DNA from: Candidatus Dormiibacterota bacterium
GTDB lineage: Archaea > Thermoproteota > Bathyarchaeia > 40CM-2-53-6
Length of the DNA stretch: 64,000 bases
Reading direction: 5' to 3'
Assembly: GCA_035637535.1 (NCBI GenBank)
Contig: DASPWZ010000027.1
Location: forward strand, 856 to 64,855
The number at the start of each line of letters is the position of its first letter. Within the stretch, counting starts at the first letter, position 1. The position numbers were made by a program, and so were the translations under genes. The notes under the pieces are model-generated. The model was not told the DNA's origin. It saw only the letters and a list, made by a program, of their open reading frames with translations, and searched no databases. Below are positions 55,284-63,743 of the stretch, piece by piece.

Positions 55284-55482
55284 GAATTCACCGTATCACA
55301 TATAAGCTGACTTTTAAATATAAATCTATTGTATTCTAGGGATAATTTCCAAACTGATAACTATTCTGGGATTGTTTACCCAAAATTACCGTATTTCTCT
55401 CACTTTCTAACTTGCGCTACGCTTACATCCAATTTTCGGAGAATAAGTTCCTCAGGATTCGCAGGATACGGTCGGTGAATTC
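55284..55482. repeat. AT-rich ~200-bp segment bounded by a 10-bp perfect inverted repeat (GAATTCACCG / CGGTGAATTC)
   Basis: GAATTCACCG is at 55284-55293 and CGGTGAATTC at 55473-55482. The arms extend imperfectly (…CCGTATC / GATACGG…). The interior is markedly AT-rich and non-coding. Confidence 0.3.
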
Positions 55483-55532
55483 AGTCTTTTCTCATATTCA
55501 CATCTCAATGTCAAATATTCAGAACTGAGCTG

Positions 55533-55844
55533 TCAGACATGTGCTCCGCAATTTGAGCAGTTTTGACTTGTCTCTAGATTTAACGTGCCACAGTATTTGC
55601 ATCTGACTTTGACGATCTCCCTGAGAACCTCCGTATGGGTCGAAGTGGGGTCAGGTTTCTTTTCGAACCCGCCCATCGCTCCTACCATCACCAGCATGAT
55701 TCCGATCAGCATTATGAAGAACGAAATCCCGATGGCGAAAAAATTCGCTGTATCCAGCACAACGACCAAGACTGAGAAGACGAGCAGGAACACCCCAGTG
55801 AAGCTAGTCATCTTGGTGTTCGCCGCTCTGGGTTGTTTTGACAA
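55533..55844 (-). CDS. Small membrane protein with C-terminal zinc ribbon
   Basis: 103 aa with two TM helices, then CKYCGTLNLETSQNCSNCGAHV. Confidence 0.55.
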   Translation of the reverse strand: MSKQPRAANTKMTSFTGVFLLVFSVLVVVLDTANFFAIGISFFIMLIGIMLVMVGAMGGFEKKPDPTSTHTEVLREIVKVRCKYCGTLNLETSQNCSNCGAHV

Positions 55845-55957
55845 AGATAACCCGCACCAGGTGTAGCGGCGTTGAATTGATGCCGTTACTTGTTAGTATT
55901 TTGAACAGTTACAATCGACGAAGATGAGCAAGTTCTACGGTTGAAGAAGATCCGAGA

Positions 55958-56611
55958 TTAGGAGCTATGGCGCCGTTTCCGGAGTCCTCTCACTAAACTT
56001 CCGCCGCGATAGACGAAGAATGTTGATGCCCAGATCGTGTAACGGACGTTTAGGACCCAAACTTGCGGAATAGCAGATACCAGAAAAATGATTGCGACAA
56101 CAATCTCAAGGTTACGACTAAGCTTGTATTTTCTCAGAAGATCGGGAGCTACTAGCTTCCTCTCCTCGGATGCGAGGATGTGGGTAAACAGAGCTAGGAT
56201 TCCATAGATGGCGCCTATGTCCAAGGCGTAGATGGAAGAGGTAACGTCGTAGAGCTCGCTAAAGGTTTGTGGAGGACTGAGAAAGAATGGCAGAATGTTG
56301 AACAGGTAAGGTTCGAGAGCGACGAGTAAGAGGAGGATTGTGTTGAGGACACGGGTCCAGGTCGTCTGAACGGGCAGGACGGACATTACTTCTGTGAAGC
56401 GGAACCAGATTTGGATTAGGATCAGAAAGCTGAACCCGAACCCGGCGATGGCCCGGTAGAGGTCTCCTGGATTTGTGGGCTGTTTGCTGATAAGGACGAT
56501 CGCACCTATCGATAGAGCCAGGCCGAATACGAGATCAGTGAGAGACTCGATTCGAGGCCGCGGACGCTGTTGAGGCCGGGCCGAGTCGGCCGTTTCAGAG
56601 CTGAAGTCCGT
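55958..56611 (-). CDS. TMEM175/DUF1211-like membrane (putative K+ channel) protein; start codon unresolved
   Basis: The open frame runs from 56611 down. RIESLTDLVFGLALSIGA matches the family signature helix-1 motif R-x-E-[AS]-[FL]-[ST]-D-x-V-F. That motif lies upstream of the first canonical start (ATG 56386). Confidence 0.55.
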   Translation of the reverse strand, partial: TDFSSETADSARPQQRPRPRIESLTDLVFGLALSIGAIVLISKQPTNPGDLYRAIAGFGFSFLILIQIWFRFTEVMSVLPVQTTWTRVLNTILLLLVALEPYLFNILPFFLSPPQTFSELYDVTSSIYALDIGAIYGILALFTHILASEERKLVAPDLLRKYKLSRNLEIVVAIIFLVSAIPQVWVLNVRYTIWASTFFVYRGGSLVRGLRKRRHSS

Positions 56612-56869
56612 CTACACCTCACTCGTGTCTGAGATTGATTGATTTGAATCTGCGAACTTACTTTAAGCCTCTAGGAAGCAAGTTCAGAATCGTTTTTCGC
56701 GACTAAAGACCGCTGACTACTCAACTCTGTATCGACTACGTCCTCTCGATTTCGCAATAATCGAGAAAGAAGGGGAATCCCCAGATATTTCCGGAAAATG
56801 GTAACATAGTGTTAAGTACAAACAGGAACAGAAAGGAAAAAGATATTCTCTTTGATTTCCATCGAAAAA

Positions 56870-57430
56870 ATGCCTAGCTGGGTACGAGCAGCAGAAATTA
56901 TTCTTGGACTGGTATCATTGGTCGCAGGATTATTGGTCATAGCGTATCCTGGTCTGGCATTCTTCACGCTAGTTGCTATACTCGCTGTCGGTCTCATTTT
57001 TCTGGGATCTAGAGACATTGTTCTCGGGGCAATGGGTGCATTCTTGCCTAGATGGCTGCGTGCTGCTGACATCGTCTTCGGGGTCTTGGCGTTCGTGCTT
57101 TCCGTGATCGTTCTTGCATCGCCTGGGGTTGCCGTGACGACCCTAGTCATCTTCCTCTACTTTGCCTTGTTTGTCCGTGGGGTCGCAGCATTGACTATGG
57201 CAAGAGCGGGTAAGATGTTCCCTACGAGATTGAGAGCGGGCTCGGGAATCGTTGGAGTATTGAGCATCGTTCTCGCCGTCATCTTTCTAGCCTTTCCTGC
57301 GTTGGTGATTGGTACGTTGATCTTTCTATTGTCCATCGGCCTTCTATTTGTTGGGATAGAAGCCATAGCACCAGGAGTAGTCGGTCGAGAGATCGTGCCG
57401 GTGATTGGGTCCGTTCAGAGCAAGGTCTGA
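56870..57430 (+). CDS. HdeD/DUF308-like membrane protein with three internal two-helix repeats
   Basis: The unit W/RxRAxxIxxGxLxxxxxxxVxAxPG recurs three times: SWVRAAEIILG..., RWLRAADIVFG..., TRLRAGSGIVG... Confidence 0.65.
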   Translation: MPSWVRAAEIILGLVSLVAGLLVIAYPGLAFFTLVAILAVGLIFLGSRDIVLGAMGAFLPRWLRAADIVFGVLAFVLSVIVLASPGVAVTTLVIFLYFALFVRGVAALTMARAGKMFPTRLRAGSGIVGVLSIVLAVIFLAFPALVIGTLIFLLSIGLLFVGIEAIAPGVVGREIVPVIGSVQSKV

Positions 57431-57478
57431 TCACGGCATCTCAATCAAATCTCGAACTGTAAACCCGAGAGGACTTTC

Positions 57479-58540
57479 TCACACTTTTCCCGCGGGGATC
57501 GCCTGTTGCCCATCCGACTCTTTTCGGGTATAGGGTATGTTTCGTTTGAATCTTGGAAAGAATCGAGCCAGTAGGATTCCATAGGCCAGGTAAGCTACTA
57601 GTCCGATCATTACTGAGATGGTGTCGTATAGGAGGCCGAACTCGGAGCCGAAACTGGATAGGGTCAGCAGTATCCAGAGAATCAAGCCGAATATGATTCC
57701 TCGAGTTCGAAGGCTGCTGCTTCTCAAGTATCGGTCATGTACCCTCGCGAAGATTAGTCCCAGAATGGCGCCGCCGATAACTCCAGAAAGAAACACGTCT
57801 ACGGCTAGTACATAGATTGTGGCAGCTGCCAGGCTTTCAATCGCGCTTGTGGGCGCTAACGGGGTGCCTTCGAAAGTTATTCCGATAACGTCGTAGTTCT
57901 GAGCAAGTAGAAAATTCCCGATGGCTGCGATGCTTCCAGAGATTATTCCGGCGGCGATCCCTGCTCTCGCCGCTTCGAATGCTCCAATGATCAGAATTAT
58001 TCCGATCGCTGCTAGTACCAGACCGAGTGTGATGCTGTTTACTGCAAAGAAGATTGCTGATAGTCCGGCTAGATTTATTCCGATGTAGATGAGCCGTTCA
58101 TTCCAGCTTGTATGCGTCACGTCCTTCATGACAATCTTCCGATACCTCACCAGTGTGCTTGCGAGAATGATGAAGCCGATCACACCAACGAAAAAATCCG
58201 TAGTAAGACTCGACTGATAATCTCCAAATGTCAGGAGCAGTCCCACCTCGTCTCCGATAAGACCGGCGCCGAGCCCGAAAATCATAGCGTAAGTTCTAAC
58301 TAGCCTTGGCCGGTTGAAAGCTATACCGAGCCAGCCTACCAGCGTAATCATTCCCAGTCCGTACCAGAAATGGTGAAAGTGGATACTCCCTTGTGCGACA
58401 ACCACGGTTGGGTTCAGAATTGCGAAAACTCGGGCCCCAAAGAAGGCCGTCATGAAAGCAAGAGTTCCTATAAAGGAGAGGCCACGGCGATTGATGCTCA
58501 GCGGGGCAAATATCGACAACTGCCGTCTTACGAAACCCAT
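57479..58540 (-). CDS. Polytopic membrane protein, function unknown
   Basis: 353-aa ORF with about 9-10 hydrophobic helices. No motif recognised. Confidence 0.6.
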   Translation of the reverse strand: MGFVRRQLSIFAPLSINRRGLSFIGTLAFMTAFFGARVFAILNPTVVVAQGSIHFHHFWYGLGMITLVGWLGIAFNRPRLVRTYAMIFGLGAGLIGDEVGLLLTFGDYQSSLTTDFFVGVIGFIILASTLVRYRKIVMKDVTHTSWNERLIYIGINLAGLSAIFFAVNSITLGLVLAAIGIILIIGAFEAARAGIAAGIISGSIAAIGNFLLAQNYDVIGITFEGTPLAPTSAIESLAAATIYVLAVDVFLSGVIGGAILGLIFARVHDRYLRSSSLRTRGIIFGLILWILLTLSSFGSEFGLLYDTISVMIGLVAYLAYGILLARFFPRFKRNIPYTRKESDGQQAIPAGKV

Positions 58541-58926
58541 CGTCGTCCCATATGCCTCGTCTTTAGCGAGTTATTTAGTAGAAGCTTAGATTTTCGGCAA
58601 TTCCCTCGGCTCGTGGAAGCGAGGTTCCCAGCCAGCCGCACCCGGACTGGCTTGGACACTAAGAAATCTATTCTGATCACAGCTTTTCGACGACGATGTT
58701 TCCACACTCTTTGCAGAGAAAGCATCTCCCACCCCAGCGGAAGGTTATCTCATGGGCCGTAACTCTGCCGCACGTCCAGCACCAGACCTGCAGCAACCGA
58801 GCATAGAAATCCGGATTCTTCTGCAAAGTCGTAGAAATTCAAAAGAACGCGTTCCTTATGTCAAGCAGAGCAGGGCGAAACTGGTTAGGACTATTTCCAT
58901 CAGTCAGCAGAATCCAGCAGCACTTT

Positions 58927-59504
58927 CTAACCGCCGGGTACGAAGGAAGATGGCGATTGTAGCGCGGGTCCAGGTATTTCGCGGCGCTCGACCCGATTTC
59001 GAGCAAGGTTGTACGCGTAACCAAAGATCACTGCCGGAACAAGCGATGGTAAGGCGTTTAGGAGTATATTGCCGGTGAAGATGGCCACGAGTACCGTGGC
59101 GACGCTTGCCGCAACACCGACTATGAAAATTACGATCGACTGAATAACGTTTCGCGAGTGCTCCGGCCCGAAGGCATGTCGTCCAACGATTACCATTGCT
59201 GCCCGGACGATTTCGAGTGGGCTTCCAATTACTCCGACAAACGGAATCCAGCCCATGAAAAATCCGATCCCTAGTAGCAATGGACCGGGTCTTGGTCCGA
59301 TCTATTGCACGGCGTCTCGCTTCTTCGTAGTATGCGAGGCATAGTTTTGATAGGGGCTCGGAGGAGGGGCTAGAAGGGGAATGATGGAGGGCGGAACAAC
59401 GCCTAAACCCTTGCTGAGTGGTTATGGGAGGGCGGTTAGCGGGCCCCACGGTTAGCGCAGAACGCCGACGTCGAGAGGTTGCTTTTCCCGCATTTCGGAC
59501 AAGA
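58927..59504 (-). pseudogene. Probable decayed gene for a zinc-ribbon plus membrane-domain protein
   Basis: An intact 117-codon membrane ORF (58927..59280, TTG start) lies downstream of a broken zinc-ribbon remnant. That remnant reads CPKCGKSNLSTSAFCANRGAR* at 59436..59504. It is preceded by an in-frame stop and sits in a different frame from the membrane part. Confidence 0.3.
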
Positions 59505-59666
59505 CTACGAGGACATGGCTCTCCGAGTTCAGAATGAGTGCTCCAGTAGGGGAATAAACATTCGAGCAAAATCCCGAATCCAAGTTGTTGATGGCGATAG
59601 CATGACATGCTCACAAATGAGAAGATGATTTGTTCATTCTCTCAATAGGGAGGAGCGGAGATTCTG

Positions 59667-62600
59667 TTAGTAGAACACTGTTGCGCCATAGTAGTATGCG
59701 ACTATGCTGGCATCGATGCTACTTATCATTCCACTGCCTGTCAGGTCCGCGGTGGGGTTGTATCTGGGACTGCCCAGTGACGACCCATAGTCGAAAGCTA
59801 CTATAGAGAAGTCGATGCTGTTCACGATACCACTCTTGCTAATGTCTAGCTGCCTAGTCACAATGACCGAGGCAGACCAGACCCCGCCGGTCTGCGTGAC
59901 CGAGACATCTGCTGAGAGGGGATACGGGTTCACAGGCACGTTAAGCAGGAACCTGGCCTGACTATTGGCAACCTGAACGTTCGCTATTGTATACGTCTTC
60001 GAAAACAGTATCACGCCGGCGCTGCTGTTCGTCGCCACTACCGAGACGGTGCCGGATACGAAACCTGAGCTTACTATCAGACTGCCAGACGTTGTTACGG
60101 TGACTCCTTGAAAGTTGATAGTGCTGCTTACCGGAGGATCAGTACTAGTTACAGTTACAGTTGCACTTGCAGAGTGTGAGTCCGTTCCATCGTAGTAGCA
60201 GCCACTACAGACGAATGTTCCTGTAATGGTCGCAGCGTATGTTCCGGGAGATGTTGCAGCGAATGTGCAAGATGCCGTAGAAGTGCCGCCAGCTGAGAGA
60301 GTGGCACTGGAGGAGCATGATGCTATGAGGTCTGGTGGTGTTGACACGCTTAGAGTTACGGGTCCGGCGAGCCCGGAAAGGCTGGTCAGACTTACAGTAC
60401 CACTGCCGGACGATCCAGCGGTGAACGAGACAGAGGACGCGGAGATGGCATAATCCATCACGGTTACCGGTAGAACGATGGAATAGTTCAGTGAGCCGCT
60501 AGTCCCGCTAATTGTAACAGTATAGGATCCGGCGGAACCGTAAGCGCCACATGTCGGCCACTGCTCTGCTGAACCGTACGACGGGACGGATACAGTCGCC
60601 TTGTTTGTCAGAGTGTAGGCGAACCAGCAGGCGACAGCTGTTGACGAAGGAGTTGCAACAAGGTTCACGTTCCCAGAGAAACCGTTGACACTACTAACAT
60701 AGATGGCGGTCTGCATCTCAGAGCCTAGGGGAATGGCCTGAGAAGTTGGGCTCTCAGAGATTGTGAAGCCTGAATTGGAAACAGTCAGACTCAGCGTTAT
60801 CGAGTGTGCCAGACTGCCACTGGTTGCCATGACGGTGATCTTGTAAGACCCCGTCGGTGTCGTAGACGTTGTTGACAGTGTCAGAGTGGAAGTTCCGGTT
60901 CCTCCAGAAGCTAGAGTAACGGTCAACGGATTCAACGAGACGGAGGGTCCAGCGGGGGAGATCGAGGCTGCCAGGCTTACCGTGCCAGCGAATGCGAGAC
61001 TTGTCAGACTAATTGTCGATGTCGCTGATGATCCAGGCGTGATGTCAAGCCCGTTGGGGTTTGCGGAGGCGTAAAAGTCGGGGTGTGACGGCTGCGAAAC
61101 CTTGACTGCAACTGTTACCGAATGGGAATCCATTCCGTCGTAATAGCAGCCGCTACAGACGAAACTGCCAGTTATCGTGACGTTGTAGGTTCCTGGAATA
61201 TTGGAGGCGTAGGTACACACTACCGTGGTTGTTCCGCCGGAGACGAGGCTCCCGCTGGTTGGACAAGAGGCCGTGACCGCTGATGGGGGAGAGACGTTGA
61301 TACTAACAGGTCCTGATAGACCTGAGAGGCTGTTCAGAGTCAGGGTCCCGTTTCCGGACGGAGCTGTGAAGGAGACTGATGATGCGGAGATGCTGAAGTC
61401 TAGGATCGTGACCAGGAGAGTGATTGAGTGACTGAGCAATCCGCTGGTTGCGGAGAACTTCACGCTGTAGCTTCCTGCCGCACCATAGGCTCCACAAGTT
61501 GGATACTGGTATGCTGAACCATTGGGCGGGATGTAGAGGGTCGCGGTGCTGGTCAGCGTGTAAGTGAACCAGCAGGCTATCGCATTGGACGATGGCGTCG
61601 CCACTAGATTCACATTGCCGGAAAACCCATTGACACTGTAGAGGTCAAGGACGGTCTGCTGTTCTGAACCGAGGGGAATCGCCTGGGAGGTTGGACTCTC
61701 GGAAATGGTAAAGTCCTGGTTGACGACGTTCACTGTCACGAGGATCGAGTGTGTTTGAGACCCACTCGTGCCTGTTACCGTAACATTGTAGGATCCTGTG
61801 GGCGTTGAGCTTGTTGCTGTAATCGTCAGTACGGATGTCGCTGTGCCTCCGGACGCCATGTTGACGCTCGTTGGATTGATTGAGGCTGTAAGACCCGCCG
61901 GGGCTGATGCTGAGAGAGAGACGCTGCCAGAGAAGCTATTGAAACTAGTTGATGTGAGTGTTGAAGTGATTGACGAGCCGGTCATGATCGTGAGACTGGA
62001 CGGATTGGCGGCGATGTAGAAGTCTGATACTGAAGGTCCGATCACCGTCACGCTGGTCGATATGGAGTTCGAGTCTATCCCATCGAAGTAGCAGTCGATG
62101 CAGACGAAAGTGCCTGTTACTGTGAAACTGTAAGTGCCGGCTGTAGGAGAATACAGAGAGCATGTTACAGTTGAAGGATTATTCGGGGTGAGGATTACGC
62201 TTTCCGGGCATGAAGATAGGAGAGATGGCGGGGAGGTTTCTGTGAGATCTATTTTGCCTGAGAAGCCAGAGAGACTTGTTAGGCTGATGGACTCAGTTTT
62301 GGAAGTGCCAGCATTGAGAGATATTGAGGAAGGACCCGACATCGTGAAGTCTGTGATAGTTATGTTGAGAAGGAGAGTGTGACTTAGGGAGCCGCTGGTC
62401 CCCGTCATCTTGACACTGTAGGCTCCAGCTGGACGGGCGGCACTGCATGTTAGATATTGGTATGCAGGCCCGTAAGAGGGAGGATAGTACGAGTAGTAGC
62501 GTATAACCGGAACTGCAACTGTCGCCGTGTTCGTCAGGGTAGTGAACCAGCAATGAAGGGCGGTCGATGAGGGTGTTGCGACCAGCGTTACATTGCCGGA

Positions 62601-63743
62601 AAACCCGTTAATGCTCGTCACTGTAACCGTGGTCTGTCTCTCTGACCCAACCGGAATCGCAATGGAGCCGGCGCTCTCGGTGATGGAAAAGTCGGCCGTC
62701 CCTGAATTGACAATGACCGTCAGGGTTGTGGACGCATCCACGGTGCCACCCGTTGCGCTAACGGTAACGTAGTTCCCACCATTTGGCGTCGAGGCTTGGC
62801 TAACTATAGAGAGAGTTGCATTTGTCGAACCCCCACCTGACAATGTGACCGTCGATGGTATGATCTGAGCAGAGAGTCCCCCGTACTCTACCGTTACAGA
62901 GAGGTTTACCGTTCCCGAGAAATTTGCCTGGCTTTGAAGCTGGATCGTGGAGTTGGCAGATTGTCCGGCCACGAGGGCGATTGCGGAAGGATTAGCGGAT
63001 ATGGTGAAGTACGGGTACGTTGGGGATGGCGGGGGCTGCGCGGGAGAATTGTTTGCTTGCATCCAGTCGAAATTGTTGTTTGTCTCCCATGAGGCCAGAG
63101 CCTGGACATTGATCAGCTTGGTGTTTCCTGGAGTCGTATCCGGCTCGGTGTATGAGCCGACGAGATAACCGTCAAAGTATCCGTAAAGCGTTCCGCGGAT
63201 CATGTCCAACTGGAGGACATGCCAAACGTCGAGCTGCTTAGCATAGTTGGCAAAAATCGCTACCCCGTGGCCGTCCATCCCCATCCCGAACCGGCCGTAG
63301 TAGCCATCAGCCATCCAGTCGTAGGAATGTCCTACAGTACCAACAGCAACTTGTAACGAGCCGACTGGACTAGATACTCCCCCAGAGGTTCCTATCCACT
63401 CGACGCGAGTGGAAACGCTCCAGTCAGAAACATTCGCGGGTACGTTGTCATAGCCCGCTCCCGCACCGACGTGCCCATCGTTCAAGAGTGTAAGTATCGA
63501 GTTACCTACGCTGTAGTAGGACGCAGGCGCAATTGACTCTGTAGTCCAACCTGCAGCCTGGAGCTGACTGATCGACGCGTAGTTGAAATCGTCACGGAAG
63601 GTCCACGGCGAAGAACTTGATGCTTTAGCTGGGGGGATACTCAGGTTTGGAATTGCTACTAGGGCCGCGAGAATAATCAAAAGGATAGGAAGGAGTGTCA
63701 GCTTCAAGATTCTCTCACCCCTCCAAGAGGAGGCTGGAAGCAA
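59667..63743 (-). CDS. Giant secreted/cell-surface repeat protein: signal anchor, lectin-like jelly-roll domain, 3 x [A-B-C] Ig-like super-repeats, beta-domain, dockerin-like C-terminus
   Basis: 1358 aa with a TTG start. It has an N-terminal hydrophobic helix and a Ser/Thr-rich beta-type composition. An internal triplication is obvious in the translated sequence. Confidence 0.85.
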   Translation of the reverse strand: MLPASSWRGERILKLTLLPILLIILAALVAIPNLSIPPAKASSSSPWTFRDDFNYASISQLQAAGWTTESIAPASYYSVGNSILTLLNDGHVGAGAGYDNVPANVSDWSVSTRVEWIGTSGGVSSPVGSLQVAVGTVGHSYDWMADGYYGRFGMGMDGHGVAIFANYAKQLDVWHVLQLDMIRGTLYGYFDGYLVGSYTEPDTTPGNTKLINVQALASWETNNNFDWMQANNSPAQPPPSPTYPYFTISANPSAIALVAGQSANSTIQLQSQANFSGTVNLSVTVEYGGLSAQIIPSTVTLSGGGSTNATLSIVSQASTPNGGNYVTVSATGGTVDASTTLTVIVNSGTADFSITESAGSIAIPVGSERQTTVTVTSINGFSGNVTLVATPSSTALHCWFTTLTNTATVAVPVIRYYSYYPPSYGPAYQYLTCSAARPAGAYSVKMTGTSGSLSHTLLLNITITDFTMSGPSSISLNAGTSKTESISLTSLSGFSGKIDLTETSPPSLLSSCPESVILTPNNPSTVTCSLYSPTAGTYSFTVTGTFVCIDCYFDGIDSNSISTSVTVIGPSVSDFYIAANPSSLTIMTGSSITSTLTSTSFNSFSGSVSLSASAPAGLTASINPTSVNMASGGTATSVLTITATSSTPTGSYNVTVTGTSGSQTHSILVTVNVVNQDFTISESPTSQAIPLGSEQQTVLDLYSVNGFSGNVNLVATPSSNAIACWFTYTLTSTATLYIPPNGSAYQYPTCGAYGAAGSYSVKFSATSGLLSHSITLLVTILDFSISASSVSFTAPSGNGTLTLNSLSGLSGPVSINVSPPSAVTASCPTSGSLVSGGTTTVVCTYASNIPGTYNVTITGSFVCSGCYYDGMDSHSVTVAVKVSQPSHPDFYASANPNGLDITPGSSATSTISLTSLAFAGTVSLAASISPAGPSVSLNPLTVTLASGGTGTSTLTLSTTSTTPTGSYKITVMATSGSLAHSITLSLTVSNSGFTISESPTSQAIPLGSEMQTAIYVSSVNGFSGNVNLVATPSSTAVACWFAYTLTNKATVSVPSYGSAEQWPTCGAYGSAGSYTVTISGTSGSLNYSIVLPVTVMDYAISASSVSFTAGSSGSGTVSLTSLSGLAGPVTLSVSTPPDLIASCSSSATLSAGGTSTASCTFAATSPGTYAATITGTFVCSGCYYDGTDSHSASATVTVTSTDPPVSSTINFQGVTVTTSGSLIVSSGFVSGTVSVVATNSSAGVILFSKTYTIANVQVANSQARFLLNVPVNPYPLSADVSVTQTGGVWSASVIVTRQLDISKSGIVNSIDFSIVAFDYGSSLGSPRYNPTADLTGSGMISSIDASIVAYYYGATVFY
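59670..59849 (-). other. Dockerin-like duplicated segment at the C-terminus of the surface protein
   Basis: DISKSGIVNSIDFSIVAFDYG and DLTGSGMISSIDASIVAYYYG are two ~21-aa repeats. They resemble the dockerin calcium-loop plus helix (D-x-N-x-D-G-x-[IV]-N-x-x-D-...), with Ser replacing some Asp/Asn residues. Confidence 0.5.
60144..63011 (-). repeat. Three tandem ~0.9-1.0 kb coding super-repeats (copy 1 62025..63011, copy 2 61080..62024, copy 3 60144..61079)
   Basis: Each copy encodes three modules. Module A is DF(Y/T)I(S/A)ANP... Module B is DFTISESPTSQAIPLGSE..SVNGFSGNVNLVATPSS..ACWF...PTCGAYG. Module C is D(F/Y).ISASSVSF...SLSGL.GPV...SC...C...PGTY..TITG.FVCSGCYYDG.DSHS. Copies 2 and 3 are much more alike than either is to copy 1. 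Confidence 0.8.

Noticed and set aside
56744-56766. 8-bp stem / 7-nt loop hairpin (TCTCGATT…AATCGAGA) in the divergent region between the DUF1211-like and HdeD-like genes.
   Set aside because: It is short and isolated, with no T-tract. It could be an operator, but there is no second copy or other supporting evidence.
58904-59614. 236-aa minus-strand ORF in the track.
   Set aside because: It has an extremely Arg/Ser/Pro/Cys-rich, low-complexity composition. It overlaps, in another frame, a plausible membrane-helix ORF and a zinc-ribbon remnant. It is most likely a frame artefact across a decayed region.
60226-62382. Five plus-strand ORFs of 62-82 aa (60226.., 60886.., 61225.., 61798.., 62134..) with mutually similar sequences (…VPPE/DA…GP..PERL.R…).
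   Set aside because: They lie antisense to the 1358-aa repeat protein, and their similarity simply mirrors the sense-strand tandem repeats. The sense frame is long, uninterrupted and domain-structured.
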